DNA of 64,000 nt from Octopus vulgaris (GCA_951406725.2 OX597821.1:44640001-44704000), one strand, 5' to 3'; positions 51,076 through 63,610 are shown, counted from the stretch's first letter. Translations and numbers: made by a program. Notes: generated from the sequence alone by a model not told the origin.

Positions 51076-52103
51076 CAGGGGATTGGACAAAATAATGGAA
51101 ACACCAAGCATCATAGCATCATAATTTTGAAATATCTATAAAACTGTCAAAAGCTTGTTTATTTTTATGTTTTTTTGAGTTATTATTAGTGTTGCTGAAT
51201 ACGTTTTGCTAAAATTGCTGTTTCTTTTCAGATATCATAAGAAAAAGGTAATTGAAATTCATTAAAATGACAGATCTATCGGACTTTCAAAGAGGTCAAA
51301 TTGTTGGTGCTCGTATGGCAGACAATAGAATAATGAAAACAGCCAAAATGTTTGGTGTATCAAGAAGTACTGTCTTGAAAGTAATGACAGCTTTTGAGAA
51401 AGAGGGAAAAGCCTCCTCGACAAAACAAAACTCCCAAAGAAAAGTAAAATTTTCAGATAGGGACCATCGGACTCTTATGTGAATTGTTAGAAAGAATCAT
51501 AAAAGTACAGTTCCCAAAATTACTGCAGAGCTTAATGACCACCTCGAGTGGAGACTGCCTTCTTCCAACTGTTAAACATGGAGCAAGATCTGTGATGAAG
51601 GGGGCTGTATATCTTGGAATCCACTGGCCCAATGGTTTCCCTTCATGGTAAAATTAATAGTCAAGACTATTTAAGCATTTTATTTGATCAAATTCATCCT
51701 ATGTTTGCAGAACTGATTCTGGAGGGAAACGCAATCTATCAGGATGATAATGCACCAATTCACACAGTTAAAGTTGTTACTGAATGACACAAGGAACATT
51801 CTAGTGAAGTTAAACATCTTATCTGGCCACCACAGTCCCCAGATCTCAATATTATTGAACATTTATGGTGCATTTTAGAAAAACAAGTAAGGAGCTGATA
51901 TCCTCCACCATCATCACTACAAGAACTGAAGACTGTTTTAGGTGAAGAATGGACAAAAATTCCTTTGGAAACAATTCAAACTTTGTACGAGTCCATACCT
52001 CATAGAATTCAAGCTGTAATTACTGCCAAAGGCGGCCCTACCCCATATTAAAATAAATTTGTTTGAAATTTTAAGGTATTTCCATTATTTTGTCCAACCT
52101 CTG
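51076..52103 (+). mobile_element. Internally deleted Tc1-family DNA transposon (DD36E spacing)
   Basis: TIRs caggggattggacaaaataatggaaacacc / ggtatttccattattttgtccaacctctg in a TA context. Remnants MTDLSDFQRGQIVGAR, TVKHG, QDDNAPIHT and WPPQSPDLNIIEHLW, with stops. Confidence 0.92.
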
Positions 52104-52456
52104 TGTATATACATATATATTAATTGAAGTGTACAGTATTATATATCCATTATGGCTGATCTTACCAATTGGTTTCGCACCAGAGGCTCAATGGAGTGTT
52201 AGGTAACTGTCCAATTATGTAATCCTGTGCTCTTCAGAGGTAGCCGTTATGGAATGAAATATGGCAACTGCTCTCTATTGTTGGAGATAAATAGGCACAT
52301 CCAGTTTGCGGTTGCTGTGAAAAAGATGAAACAAATTAAGCAGGGCATTAAGTATATAGTTATATCACTTGGTATGAAAAAACATCCATTCTTGGGGTGG
52401 TTTTGTAGTAAGATAGCAAGAGCTTTCCAGAAAAGAGTTTATGGGAAATGTGTATG

Positions 52457-53265
52457 ACAGAGGAATTTAATATGGGCTGCCCTTGGGAGCTCCTCTATAC
52501 TGATGACCTTGTTCTTATAGCTGAATCACTACTAGAACTAGAGAAGACATTTCAGGCATGGGAGCAAAGTCTGTAATCAAAGGGTTTTAGAGTTCATTTA
52601 GCAAAGACCAGTAAGTTTAGCATACAGACAAATCACAAATCTCTTCAGGGAGATGGCTCTGCTTGATACATAGAAAAGGTGTTTGTAAAAACTCAGTAAG
52701 GTGTACTCAGGGCTAGCTATAGACATAAAAGGTGCAACAGTATCAGACGAAGGTTAACAGTGAAAATAGTTTTTGTGTGTAGCAGTTTAGGCACAATAAA
52801 CACTAGAAAAAATACACAGAAAATACACTTCATTAAATGCCTAGAGAGAAATTTAGAAGTAGTAGATAGTTTTTAATATGTAGGTGACCAAGTCAGCAGC
52901 GGAGGAGGATGCTCGGGAGCATAGCTGCTAGAATAAGAATAGGCTGGGCAATATTGAGAGAGCCTCTAGCTTTGTTGCTAACAAAGGGCCTCTTCCTCAG
53001 ATGAAAAGCAGATTGTATGATGCCTGTGTGCAAACAGCCATGCTATAGGGCTGTGAAACATGGGTTGTGACTGCAGAGGACATGCGAAAGCTTGAAAGAA
53101 ATGAAGCTAATATGCTCCACTAGATGTGCAATGTCAGTGTCCATGTACAACAGAGTGTAAGAGACTTAAGAGAAAAATTGGGTATAAGAGACAAACATCT
53201 GGATGCCCTTTCTAACACCAACCACTTTATAGAGTGTACTGGGTGCTTTTTATGTACCACTGGCA
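52457..53265 (+). mobile_element. Degenerate RTE RT fragment followed by an inverted piece of the RTE 3' UTR
   Basis: gggctgcccttgggagctcctctatactgatgac matches the YADD region of the intact copy, with many stops. 53196-53265 matches the 3' UTR on the - strand. Confidence 0.85.
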
Positions 53266-53347
53266 TGGGTGCATTCATACAGCACTGGCACAAGTGCATG
53301 TTATGTGGTACCAGCACAGGTAAAGGACAAGTCTGTATGTATGTGCT

Positions 53348-53379
<32 letters not shown>

Positions 53380-53414
53380 TACATATAATACACATACACA
53401 CACACATACATATA

Positions 53415-53456
<42 letters not shown>

Positions 53457-55189
53457 AATTTCTACGTTAGGCATGTAATCATAGGGGTGCTATGCTGTGC
53501 TATGGCTTAACCCCACCAACATTAGAATTTAAGCCTCTCCAGTTTGAAGATTTGTGTTCGTGATATTCGCTCTTGGAAGAATGCAGTTTAAGCAAAATGC
53601 CTCAGCCTGTAGTGTTTGTAGACAGTTGAAAACAATACTTTTAACAAAAAAAAAATTTTACATCCCTTTCGTGGACAACTTTATTAAATTTTAGACACTT
53701 TAAGGACAGAAAGGTTGTTTCATCAAATTCATAAAATCTGAGGTCGCTATTCATTTGATTTAGCAGTATGTGAAAAAGTGTGGGTAATTACAAATGCGTA
53801 TGTGTGTAATTTTATCCAATCAACAGATAGCATGGCATTAGTAGCTTGTTACCATGACAACCACTATTGTCTGTGCCACACGTTGTTCTATGTTGATTTT
53901 TCATACTTGATTCTTCACACCATGAGATTCTTTTCACCAGTGTGGTTTTGTTTTAATTTTTTTGTGTGTTAGTATATTGCATATTTTTCTGTGCCTTTGA
54001 GGCAAGTTCTCTGTTGACCAGTTATTCTTATCGAGGTTTACAAATCCAAGCATGAAAATGTTACTCAACTTTGGAGTTTTGCACACACACACACACATGA
54101 ATGCATAAATGTATATATAAATTTATATATGAATATATACATCTAGATGCACTTATATATTAATGATGTACACAAATACATGACAGGTATACATAATACT
54201 GAAATACACATAAAGTAAACACATGCAAATATATTAATATAACATTTTAAAAAATAATTAAAAACATATAATCAACAAAGAGACAAAAGAAACAGTAAGA
54301 TGATACATGTTGATTTTATTAGGTATTTCTGCTTATTTAGAAACCTACAATTAACATGTGACAGACTCTAAACTATAAAGTTCACAGAGTACAACCTTAA
54401 AGTTGACACTGCTCTGCTAAACAGAAAAGATTTCTGTCTCACTACAGGCTAAAAATTCAATTTTTCTGTAACATTTTCCTCCAATTTTTTTCTCAGCAAC
54501 ATCATACCTTCATAGCAATGAGACTGGAAGACTACATCATTATAGCCAATTTTCAGATTTTTTACTTCCTGGTGGGGGGCGATGGGGGATCCCCCTCCCA
54601 TCCTGGAATCATTGGAAATTTTTTTTTTTCTGATGAAATGAACTCCTGTGACCTCCTAGTATGTTGCAAAACTCTTTTGGGGGTCCGAAAAACAGGGTGG
54701 GGGTGAGGTGGAAGCCTCGGAAATTGCACCCCCATTAATCTTTCCATCAGCACGATTTTCACTAAGAAAAAAAAAACTCGGATTTTTTGCATGGAATCAA
54801 GTACCTAAATGCATGTGAAATAGTGAAAAAAAAGTATTAACTATATACAAAAAAATATTTGCCGTGTAAATATGGTGGTGTTATGCCTTTCTTGGTGGGA
54901 GACTAAATTATTTAAAGATCAGTTTAACATTTTACTGTACAGGATCTCAGTGCATTATCAACCTTAGAGCATGACTGGTACTTTATTTTATTTTACCCTA
55001 GAAGGAAGTACAGCAAACTTGATTCAGCAAGGTTTGAACTCTGGCTGCAAGAATCCAAACAAATACCACAAAGCATATTTTCTGACCTTCTAACATGCTA
55101 TATATATATTCTTAAAAATTTTACTCACGAAAATTTATTTTATTTGCTTACCCCCATCAGCAGTTATAATTGTTTTATAATTGTTTATA

Positions 55190-55377
55190 TAAAAAGCACC
55201 CACTACACACACGGAGTGGTTGGCATTAGGAAGGGCATCCAGCTGTAGAAACATTGCCAGATAAGACTGGAGCCTGGTGCAGCCTTCTGGCTTCCCAGAT
55301 CCCCGGTCGAACCGTCCAACCCATGCTAGCATGGAGAACGGACGTTAAACGATGATGATGATGATGATGATGATGAT
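55190..55377 (+). mobile_element. RTE 3'-end fragment
   Basis: aaaagcacccactacac...aggaagggcatccagc...gttaaacgatgatgat, matching 50884-51064. Confidence 0.85.
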
Positions 55378-55554
55378 AATGTAATTAGTATTAGTAAGAA
55401 GGTAGAAACAAATTATCAAAATAGTAAAAATAATTTTTAAAATGAGAGAAAAATAGCACTTACAAAATTCACCTGAAAGCAAGCTGGACCTACACGAGAC
55501 AGGTATAATAATGGTTTGTTGTCACTGGTATAAGAGAAATACCGGAAGTTCAGA

Positions 55555-55729
55555 AATTACCTTTGATATACAGAATAAATAGCTTTTGAGAAACCTTCTT
55601 ACAAATAACCTGCTGTGGAAAATACCTGTGACAGAAATAGCAATTACCTTTGATATACAGAATAAACAGTTTTTGTGAAACCTGCTTAGAAATAACCTGC
55701 TGTGGAAAATACCTGTGACAGAAATAGCA
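55555..55729 (+). repeat. 87-bp direct tandem duplication
   Basis: aattacctttgatatacagaataaa...gtgacagaaatagc starts at 55555 and 55642. Confidence 0.9.
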
Positions 55730-56448
55730 AATAATTTCTAATCTGGCATGTGTGTGCTCGGGACTCACTTTGTTTCATCATAACTTCCAGAAAAATGGAT
55801 ATTGTTTAATGAAATTTTTTACAAATATGCTTCAGGTGGAATAGATTCAGATTATATCTGAACTCAATGTGAAAAAGTTTTTTTTTTTTTCTGAGGGTGG
55901 GGAGAAGACTTTCAGAAAATTCACATGTGTTGGCTTTATTTCTTCATAACGTTCCAAAAAAATGGATATTTTTTAATGAAATTTTCTGTAATTACCTTTC
56001 AGATGGTGTATATTATGATTGTATCTGAATTTAATATGAAAAAAGAAAAAAAAACAAAACAAAAAACCTGGAGGGCTTGCACACATATACACAGATTCAC
56101 GTCACAAAATGAAACCTGAAATTTCCCAAAAAAATTTTTTTTTTCTCATGTTAAATTCCGATATTAATGGTAATCTATGCCATCTGAAAGTTATTTGTAA
56201 ACATTTAATTGGAAAATATCTAGTGGGGCACACTTGTGTAGGTATACCTCTAATTTGATTACACGATAAGCAATTTTGACAGGAGGCAGTTGATCGATTT
56301 TATTGACCTCAGTGCAATGACTGGTAGTTTACTTTATCGACCCTAGAAGGAAGAAAAGCAAACTTGATTCTGTGAGATTTGAACTCAAATTATAAAAATA
56401 GAAAAAAATACCACAAAGCATTTTTTCCAACATTCTAACAACTGTTCT

Positions 56449-56481
<33 letters not shown>

Positions 56482-56482
<1 letters not shown>

Positions 56483-57164
56483 TCGCAGTATCGCCCGGCG
56501 TTGCTCAGGTTGTAAGGGAAATAACTATATAAGCATTTTTAGAGAGTTATAGCCAAAACTGAACACCTTTTTGATCTCCATGTGTCTAACACACGTGGAC
56601 ATGCCTACAAAGTCAGAAAACAATACAGCTCCCATGACTTTCGGAAACATTTTTTCACGCTCAGAGTTGCTGAAGCATGGAATAAACTGCCTGCGTCAGT
56701 TGTTGACTGCCATGACACTGCATCTTTTAAGGCCCTCATGCTTTCCGAAATCCGCCGAAACTTCACCTGATTATATATACACTTTAGATGAGTTGTAGTG
56801 CACCTGAGCACTGTACACAATTATTATTATTATTATTATTATTATTAAATAGCAAAAAAAATGCATTAAAAATTGAAAAAAAATTAAGGTAAATTTTTTT
56901 TAAATCGTTGACACATCGTAGATATTTTTAGAGAGTTACTTCCCTTATATAAAAGCGAAAAAATGCATTAAAATGGAAAAATATGATGGTAAATTTTTTT
57001 TAAATCGTAGACTCATTGTAGACTCGCGCTAATACCCAGAAGGGCTCGATATGAATCACGACTATAAGATACCCGCTTTTGGTTAAACTGCACCGCAAAA
57101 TGTGGGAGTAATTACGAATGTAAATCGAAGGGGACAGACACACAACTTCACTCTTATATAAAGA
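56482..57164 (-). mobile_element. Non-autonomous Helitron
   Basis: On the - strand it starts A|TCtttatataa and ends with hairpin cctgagcaacgccggg then CGAG|T (a CTAG variant). It is inserted between A and T. Confidence 0.75.
56558..56846 (+). mobile_element. CR1/L2-type LINE 3' fragment nested in a Helitron
   Basis: Encodes TRGHAYKV...RKHFFTLRVAEAWNKLPASVV, a typical CR1-group C-terminal motif, and has an (ATT)n tail. Confidence 0.8.
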
Positions 57165-57942
57165 TGCTTTTTTTTTTCAGTCATAGAGTTAGATTTATGA
57201 AGGTCTTCAGTAGAAAATCCTTCGAATTCTGACTCGCTGCTTGATATAATGAAATTCGTATCCATTTTTTGTCAGAATTACAAATTTTGAAAACACAATA
57301 GGAACAAATTTCGGAAAAAAATCTCCCATAATTCACGGAATTAAAATTACACTTCGATTTTTGTACAAAACTGTATTTGAAGTGTTTACGAAGTATAATA
57401 CGTGTTTTCACGAATGTACTAAAGAGATTTACTCTGATATTCTCATTTAAATATGAATAGGTAAATTCGGGCGGTTTGGTAACGAAAGGGTTTATATAAG
57501 TGTCGTCTGTTTATACATAAACACTGTTTCATAGTTTCAGTTTAGTCTTCCTCAAATCACTGTCGCTAATTTACTCTCTTCCAAGAACATTTTCACTCAC
57601 TGTTATCTGTTAGCTTCCCATACATTTTACTCATGTATCTATCAGCGTGATAGACAGAAACAAATATTACATTTACTTTCATTTTATTCGTTGCCCACTG
57701 TGTGTGTGCGTTTGCGTGTGGTGTAAACCAGACTAAGAAAAGCATTTGACACACACACCAGAATGTGAGTTTTCTGTAAATTTTGCTTAATTGGAGTTTA
57801 AATTTTAAAAACTGGACCTGGCATGACGCGATGCATTGTACTCTTAAAACTGCTAGGTAAATTGTAATTGAAGAAATCCTATATTGTAGATTTGTATAAC
57901 TCCCAAAGGGAGGCAGATAAAATCTGCCTTTTATAATAAGAG

Positions 57943-58073
57943 ATATATATATATGTATGCATATATATGTATGTATATATATATGTGTATATGTATATAT
58001 ATATGTATATATATATATACACACATATATATAAACACACATATATATGTATGCACATATATGTATGTACATA

Positions 58074-58129
<56 letters not shown>

Positions 58130-58336
58130 CATATATATAAACATATATATATACATATATATAAACATACATATATACATATACACACATATATATATAT
58201 ATACATACATATATATATATATGCATGCATATATATATATATATCTTGATATATAAACATACATATATACATATAGACACACACACATATATATATAAAT
58301 ATATATATATATACATATATAAATATATATATATAC

Positions 58337-58367
<31 letters not shown>

Positions 58368-58539
58368 CATACATACATATATATATACATATATATATAC
58401 ATACATATACATACATATATATATACATATATATACATATACATATATATATATATACACATACATATAGATGATGATGATATACATACATATATATACA
58501 CACGCACACACATATATATGTACATATATATATATATAT
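57943..58539. repeat. Compound (TA)/(CA) microsatellite, about 600 bp
   Basis: Directly visible. Confidence 0.95.
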
Positions 58540-59343
58540 GCTGTGCGTGAGAAGACCCAGCAAGACTAGTGAGGCCTCTACCTGGCCTCTACCTGGTATG
58601 TAGCCAGTCGACTTATACATACCTTTCCTTCTTGGGACACAAAACTCCACTTGTGAAGACCCGTTGAGGCAAGTGAAAATCAAAAAATCAAAATCAAAAT
58701 CAAATCAGATATCAGAAAGCAGAACCAAAATCGAAGTCGATCAACATCAATGGAAATTGCGGCTGTGATACCAGTGCCGGTGACAAGTAAGCGAACCATC
58801 CGATTGTGGCCGTTGCCAGCGCCACCCAGACTGGCCTCCGTGCCGGTGGCACGTAAAAGCACCATCCGTTCGTGTCCATTGCCAGCCTCGCCTGGCCCCC
58901 GTGCCGGTGGCACATAAAAGCACCATCCGTTTGTGGCTGTTGCCAGCCTCGCCTGGCCCCCGTGCCGGTGGCACGTAAAAAGCACCATCCGTTCGTGGCC
59001 GTTGCCAGCGACGCCCCGACTGGCCTCCGTGCTGGTGGCACGTAAAAGCACCATCCGTTCGTGTCCGTTGCCAGCCTCGCCTGGCCCCCGTGCCGGTGGC
59101 ACGTAAAAGCACCATCTGTTCATGGCCGCTTGACAGCACCGTCTGGCACCTGTGCAGGTGGCACGTAAAAAGCACCCACTACACTCGCGGAGTGGTTGGT
59201 GTTAGGAAGGGCATCCAGCCGTAGAAACACTGCCAGATCAGACTGGGCCTGATGCAGCCTTCTGGCTTCACAGACCCCAGTTGAACCGTCCAACCCATGC
59301 TAGCATGGAAAACGGACGCTAAATGATGATGATGATGATGATG

Positions 59344-59345
<2 letters not shown>
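58540..59345 (+). mobile_element. 5'-truncated RTE 3' end with an expanded internal minisatellite
   Basis: About 6-7 units of roughly 60 bp containing tgccggtggcacgtaaaagcacc (58790-59178), then ggagtggttggtgttaggaagggcatccagc and a (GAT)n tail. Confidence 0.85.
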
Positions 59346-59397
<52 letters not shown>

Positions 59398-59399
<2 letters not shown>

Positions 59400-59702
59400 A
59401 GGTGCAATGGCTCAGTGGTTAGGGCAGCAGACTTGCGGTTGTAGGATCTCGGTTTCAATTCCCAGACAGGGCGTTGTGAGTGTTTATTGAGCGAAAATAA
59501 AGCTCCAAAAGGCTCTGGCAGGGGGTGATGGCGATCCCTGCTGTACTCTTTTGCCACAAATTCCTCTCACTCTTTCTTCTGTTGGCCTGCTTGCTTAGCC
59601 AGCAAGGTGGTGTCATTTGAAAGCTAAAATAACGCGAAGCGCATTGTGACCAACGATGTGTAGCAACATCTGCTAGCCTGGTCAGTCATGGTGATCATAG
59701 TG
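59398..59702 (+). mobile_element. tRNA-derived SINE (second family)
   Basis: A box tggctcagtggtt and B-box-like ggtttcaattccc, between (TG)n and (TA)n tracts. Confidence 0.8.
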
Positions 59703-59733
<31 letters not shown>

Positions 59734-59987
59734 TACATATATATATATATACATATATATACATATATATATACATGCATACATATATATACATATATAC
59801 ATACATTTACATACATATATATACATATATACATATATATAAATATATATATATATATATGTGAAATAGAAAGATGAATAATCTTGTGGCAGATTAATCA
59901 AAAGTTTGACCATGGGCTCTTAGGAGCCTAGTTCGATTTGTTTTGCTCCGCCTCTGTTCTGTTTTTTGTTTTTTCCAACGGATTTCC

Positions 59988-60080
59988 TATTTCTTCCTGA
60001 AGAGAAAGACACAATATGGTCTCATTATTCAATCGGATTTTGGTAAATTGTGCCTTTCGAAACACGTGTAGAATGAAATA
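59988..60080 (+). ncRNA. Minimal type I hammerhead ribozyme motif
   Basis: Core CUGAAGA at 59997-60003. Stem II gaaag-a-cacaat/attgtg-c-ctttc. GAAA at 60059-60062. Stem III with palindromic ACACGUGU. GUA cleavage triplet at 60068-60070. Stem I tatttcttc/gaa-t-gaaata. Confidence 0.8.
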
Positions 60081-60130
60081 AAATGATTTCTGTTCAATCT
60101 TCGTTCAGCTCCATTTCTTCAATTCACTAA

Positions 60131-60172
<42 letters not shown>

Positions 60173-60199
60173 TATATACATATATATACATATATATAC

Positions 60200-61841
60200 A
60201 GCTACTGGCCCTGATGGATTCCCAGCAATCCTTCTAAAAGTATGTAAGCGAATCCTAGCAAGACCACTGCAGTTCCTCTTTCAGAGCTTCCTTGCAACTG
60301 GCAAACTTCCAAGAAAACTGAAGGAGGGTAAAATATGCCCTATTCATAAAGGAGGTAGCAGAGCAGAGGCCAAGAACTACAGACCTATCTCTCTGACCTC
60401 ACACATCAGCAAGGTCATGGAACAAATATTCAGAAAGAAACTAATCACCTTCCTTGAAGAAAATGGCTTTCTGCCTGACACCCAACATGGTTTCCGACGA
60501 GGAAGAAGCTGCCTAACTCAGCTCTTACAACACTATGACTGGGTGCTGAAACAACTGGTCAACCACTCAACTGTGGAAGTGATATATCTCGACTTTGCAA
60601 AGGCCTTTGATAAAGTTGACCATGGAATATGTCACAAACTGCATGATCTTGGCATAATTGGAAAATTGGGAGAATGGCTTCATGACTTTCTGAAGGATAG
60701 AAGTCAGGTGGTAGTAGCCAATGGGGCCACCTCCAAAGACACGCAAATAGTGAGCGGTGTTCCGCAAGACACTGTTTTGGAACCACTGCTGTTCATAATG
60801 GCCCTCTCAGACATGCCCTCAGCCACACAGAGAGCCACGATAACAAGTTATGCAGATGATGCAAAAGTTTCACAGGTAATACAGAACCCTGAAGACACTA
60901 TGCACCTGCAATGTGAGCTGGATGAAATATACAAGTGGGCTGAAAAGAATAGCATGCAGTTCAATGCTGAAAAGTTTCAAGCTTTATGCCATCAGCATGC
61001 AAAACTAAATGCAATACCCAATAAATACACTGGACCTGGAGGAATTGCAATCCCAGAGGCACAATCAGTGCGAGACCTGGGCATTTACATGAGTAATGAT
61101 GCAACCTTTCATGTGCATGTTGCTAAATTGGCAATGAAATGTAGGCAGCTGACCGGATGGATTCTTAAAACTTTTAGAACAAGAGACCAGGAAACCATGA
61201 TGATCCTCTGGAGAACACTTGTCCTAAGCCACTTTGACTATTGCTCTCAGCTATGGTCACCAACCAGTATGTCAAATTAATCTCAGAACTTGAGGCAATC
61301 CAATGAAGCTACACGAAGAAGATAGCCTCTATGCAGCATATAAGCTATTGGGAAAGACTCAAGAGGTTAAGACTCTATTCCTTAGAGCATAGGCAAGAAA
61401 GATATGCCATAATATACATCTGGAAGATTCTGGAAGGACTTGTCTCAAACTTTGGCATTGAGAGTTACACAAATACTAGAACTGGGCGCCACTGCATAGT
61501 GCCAAGGACTCCAAATTTGCCATCAAGATGTAGGACCAGATACTGCAATAGCCTGGGCTTCAGAGGTTCACAGCTCTTCAATATCCTCCCGAAAGACTTG
61601 AGAGACTTGCATGGGGTAGATGTAGGTGTCTTCAAAATAAAGCTGGACCTCTTTCTGTCAGGTGTCCCAGATGAACCAACTTCGCTGCAGGAGGTGCAGA
61701 TGAGGGCAGCTGCATCAAACTCTTTCATGCACCAAATGTCAATTGCTAAAAAGCATTCGTGAAGTAAAATCATGTAGCAACACCAAATGGCGGTGCCCCA
61801 GCATGGCCACAGCTCGTGAGCTGAAACTAGATGGAAAAAAA
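60200..61841 (+). mobile_element. 5'-truncated CR1-group (CR1/L2/Daphne-like) LINE, frameshifted RT
   Basis: GPDGFP, NYRPISLTS, QHGFRRGRSC, YLDFAKAFDKV, SGVPQ, YADD, RDLG, SYWERLKRLRLYSLE. The 3' end is ggcggtgccccagcatggccacagc...ctgaaac. Confidence 0.92.
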
Positions 61842-61864
61842 TATATATATACATACATAAATAT

Positions 61865-61937
<73 letters not shown>

Positions 61938-62063
61938 TAAATATATACATACATGACAAGAAATAATTTTTGCCTCTTTTTGTGGTGATGAAAAGGATTA
62001 TAAGACTGCAAAAAAAAAGTACTCAAATGTAATTGAGACAGAGATAAAAAAAAAACATTGATC

Positions 62064-62561
62064 AGAGAACAAACATCAAATTCAAGTCAACAACTTTATA
62101 TATTACACCACGCCTCCAAACATTTGATCTTATATAAATATTACCATGGCCCTTAAAAATATAAAGTATACATATATAAAAAAAACACAGAAGGTAAAAA
62201 ATATATATGCAAATAAAAATACAGATATACAGACCAGCCTATCAAGAAGGTATATACAATTGACTAACAATTCTAAAGTGTGTCATGTGACTAAAAATCT
62301 AAATAAAATAAAATATCAATCAACGAAAAAAAATTTTTTATTACTCCCCTCAAACAAAAAAGTATGTCAGAAAAGTTCATATCATAAAAACCATGGTAGG
62401 TTGAAGTCCAGGAGCAAAAAGATTTCCACAAAATCAAGTCAAACACATCTATGGCCATTTCAGTGCAACTCGGTAATATTTATATATTTATATATGATCA
62501 AATGTTTGGAGGTGTGGTGTTATATATAAAGTTGTTGACTCGAATTTGATGTTTGTTCTCT
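62064..62561. repeat. Inverted repeat, about 80-bp arms and a 330-nt spacer
   Basis: 62064-62145 mirrors 62472-62561 with a few mismatches and one indel. Confidence 0.88.
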
Positions 62562-62565
62562 CTCT

Positions 62566-62619
<54 letters not shown>

Positions 62620-62631
62620 ATCTACTAGTAC

Positions 62632-62674
<43 letters not shown>

Positions 62675-63243
62675 TGTACAGTTAAACACAAGAGAAAACT
62701 ACCTTTAACAGGTAATTTTTTTACACACTGGAAGAAGCAGTCAAAACGTCCAAAACCACATTTAAGAGCAATTTTCGAAATGAATGAAAAATAAAATCTT
62801 TTACCTTATTTTTTTTACGTTGTATATATATATATATATATTTATTCATCCCCACCCCACAAAAGATGAGCAATTACTTCCCCTGTCCCCGGTAATAACG
62901 ATCATCAGTTACCTCCCCTTATATTCTTCACTCATTCATTCACAAACTTCTCCACACATGACATGCACTAAAATCTTTAAGAAAATACGAAATTACAATA
63001 ATTTCAATGTAATTCATTAGTGAAAGCAAAACCAGTCGACAAACGCAATGTAAAATATATTAAAACTATATAAAGTGTGTGCATTTTCTTCTTTTATTTT
63101 ATATATATATTTTTGCAATACAACTCACCGTGTGGAGATAATAAAAATTCCTCCTTTTTTGTAACTATATATATATATATATATATATGATAGATCGTTA
63201 GCCACTACACACATTTTTTTCTCTCCTTGTTTTTCCTGTGATC

Positions 63244-63279
63244 CTTTCTGTAGAAGAGCGTAGGCTCGAAACGTAAAAG
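63244..63279 (+). ncRNA. Atypical hammerhead-like motif in a short (TA)n-flanked element (about 63188-63370)
   Basis: Reads cttt-CTGTAGAA-gagc(gtag)gctc-GAAA-cg-TA-aaag. The topology matches a hammerhead but the core departs from CUGANGA. Confidence 0.4.
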
Positions 63280-63367
63280 ACTTTTTCTATTCCTGAGTGT
63301 TATACTACTACATCTGTTTGTTTTGTACACAACCTGTCTTCATGTTTTGTTTTTTTCGTAAACTCTC

Positions 63368-63610
<243 letters not shown>

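Noticed and set aside
54500-57930. Possible further DNA transposon or promoter region
   Set aside because: It looks repeat-derived, but apart from the listed sub-elements I could not identify termini or coding motifs.
58680-59175. Repetitive ORFs and a CRISPR-like periodic pattern
   Set aside because: This is a minisatellite within an RTE 3' UTR. The inter-repeat sequences are themselves repeated.
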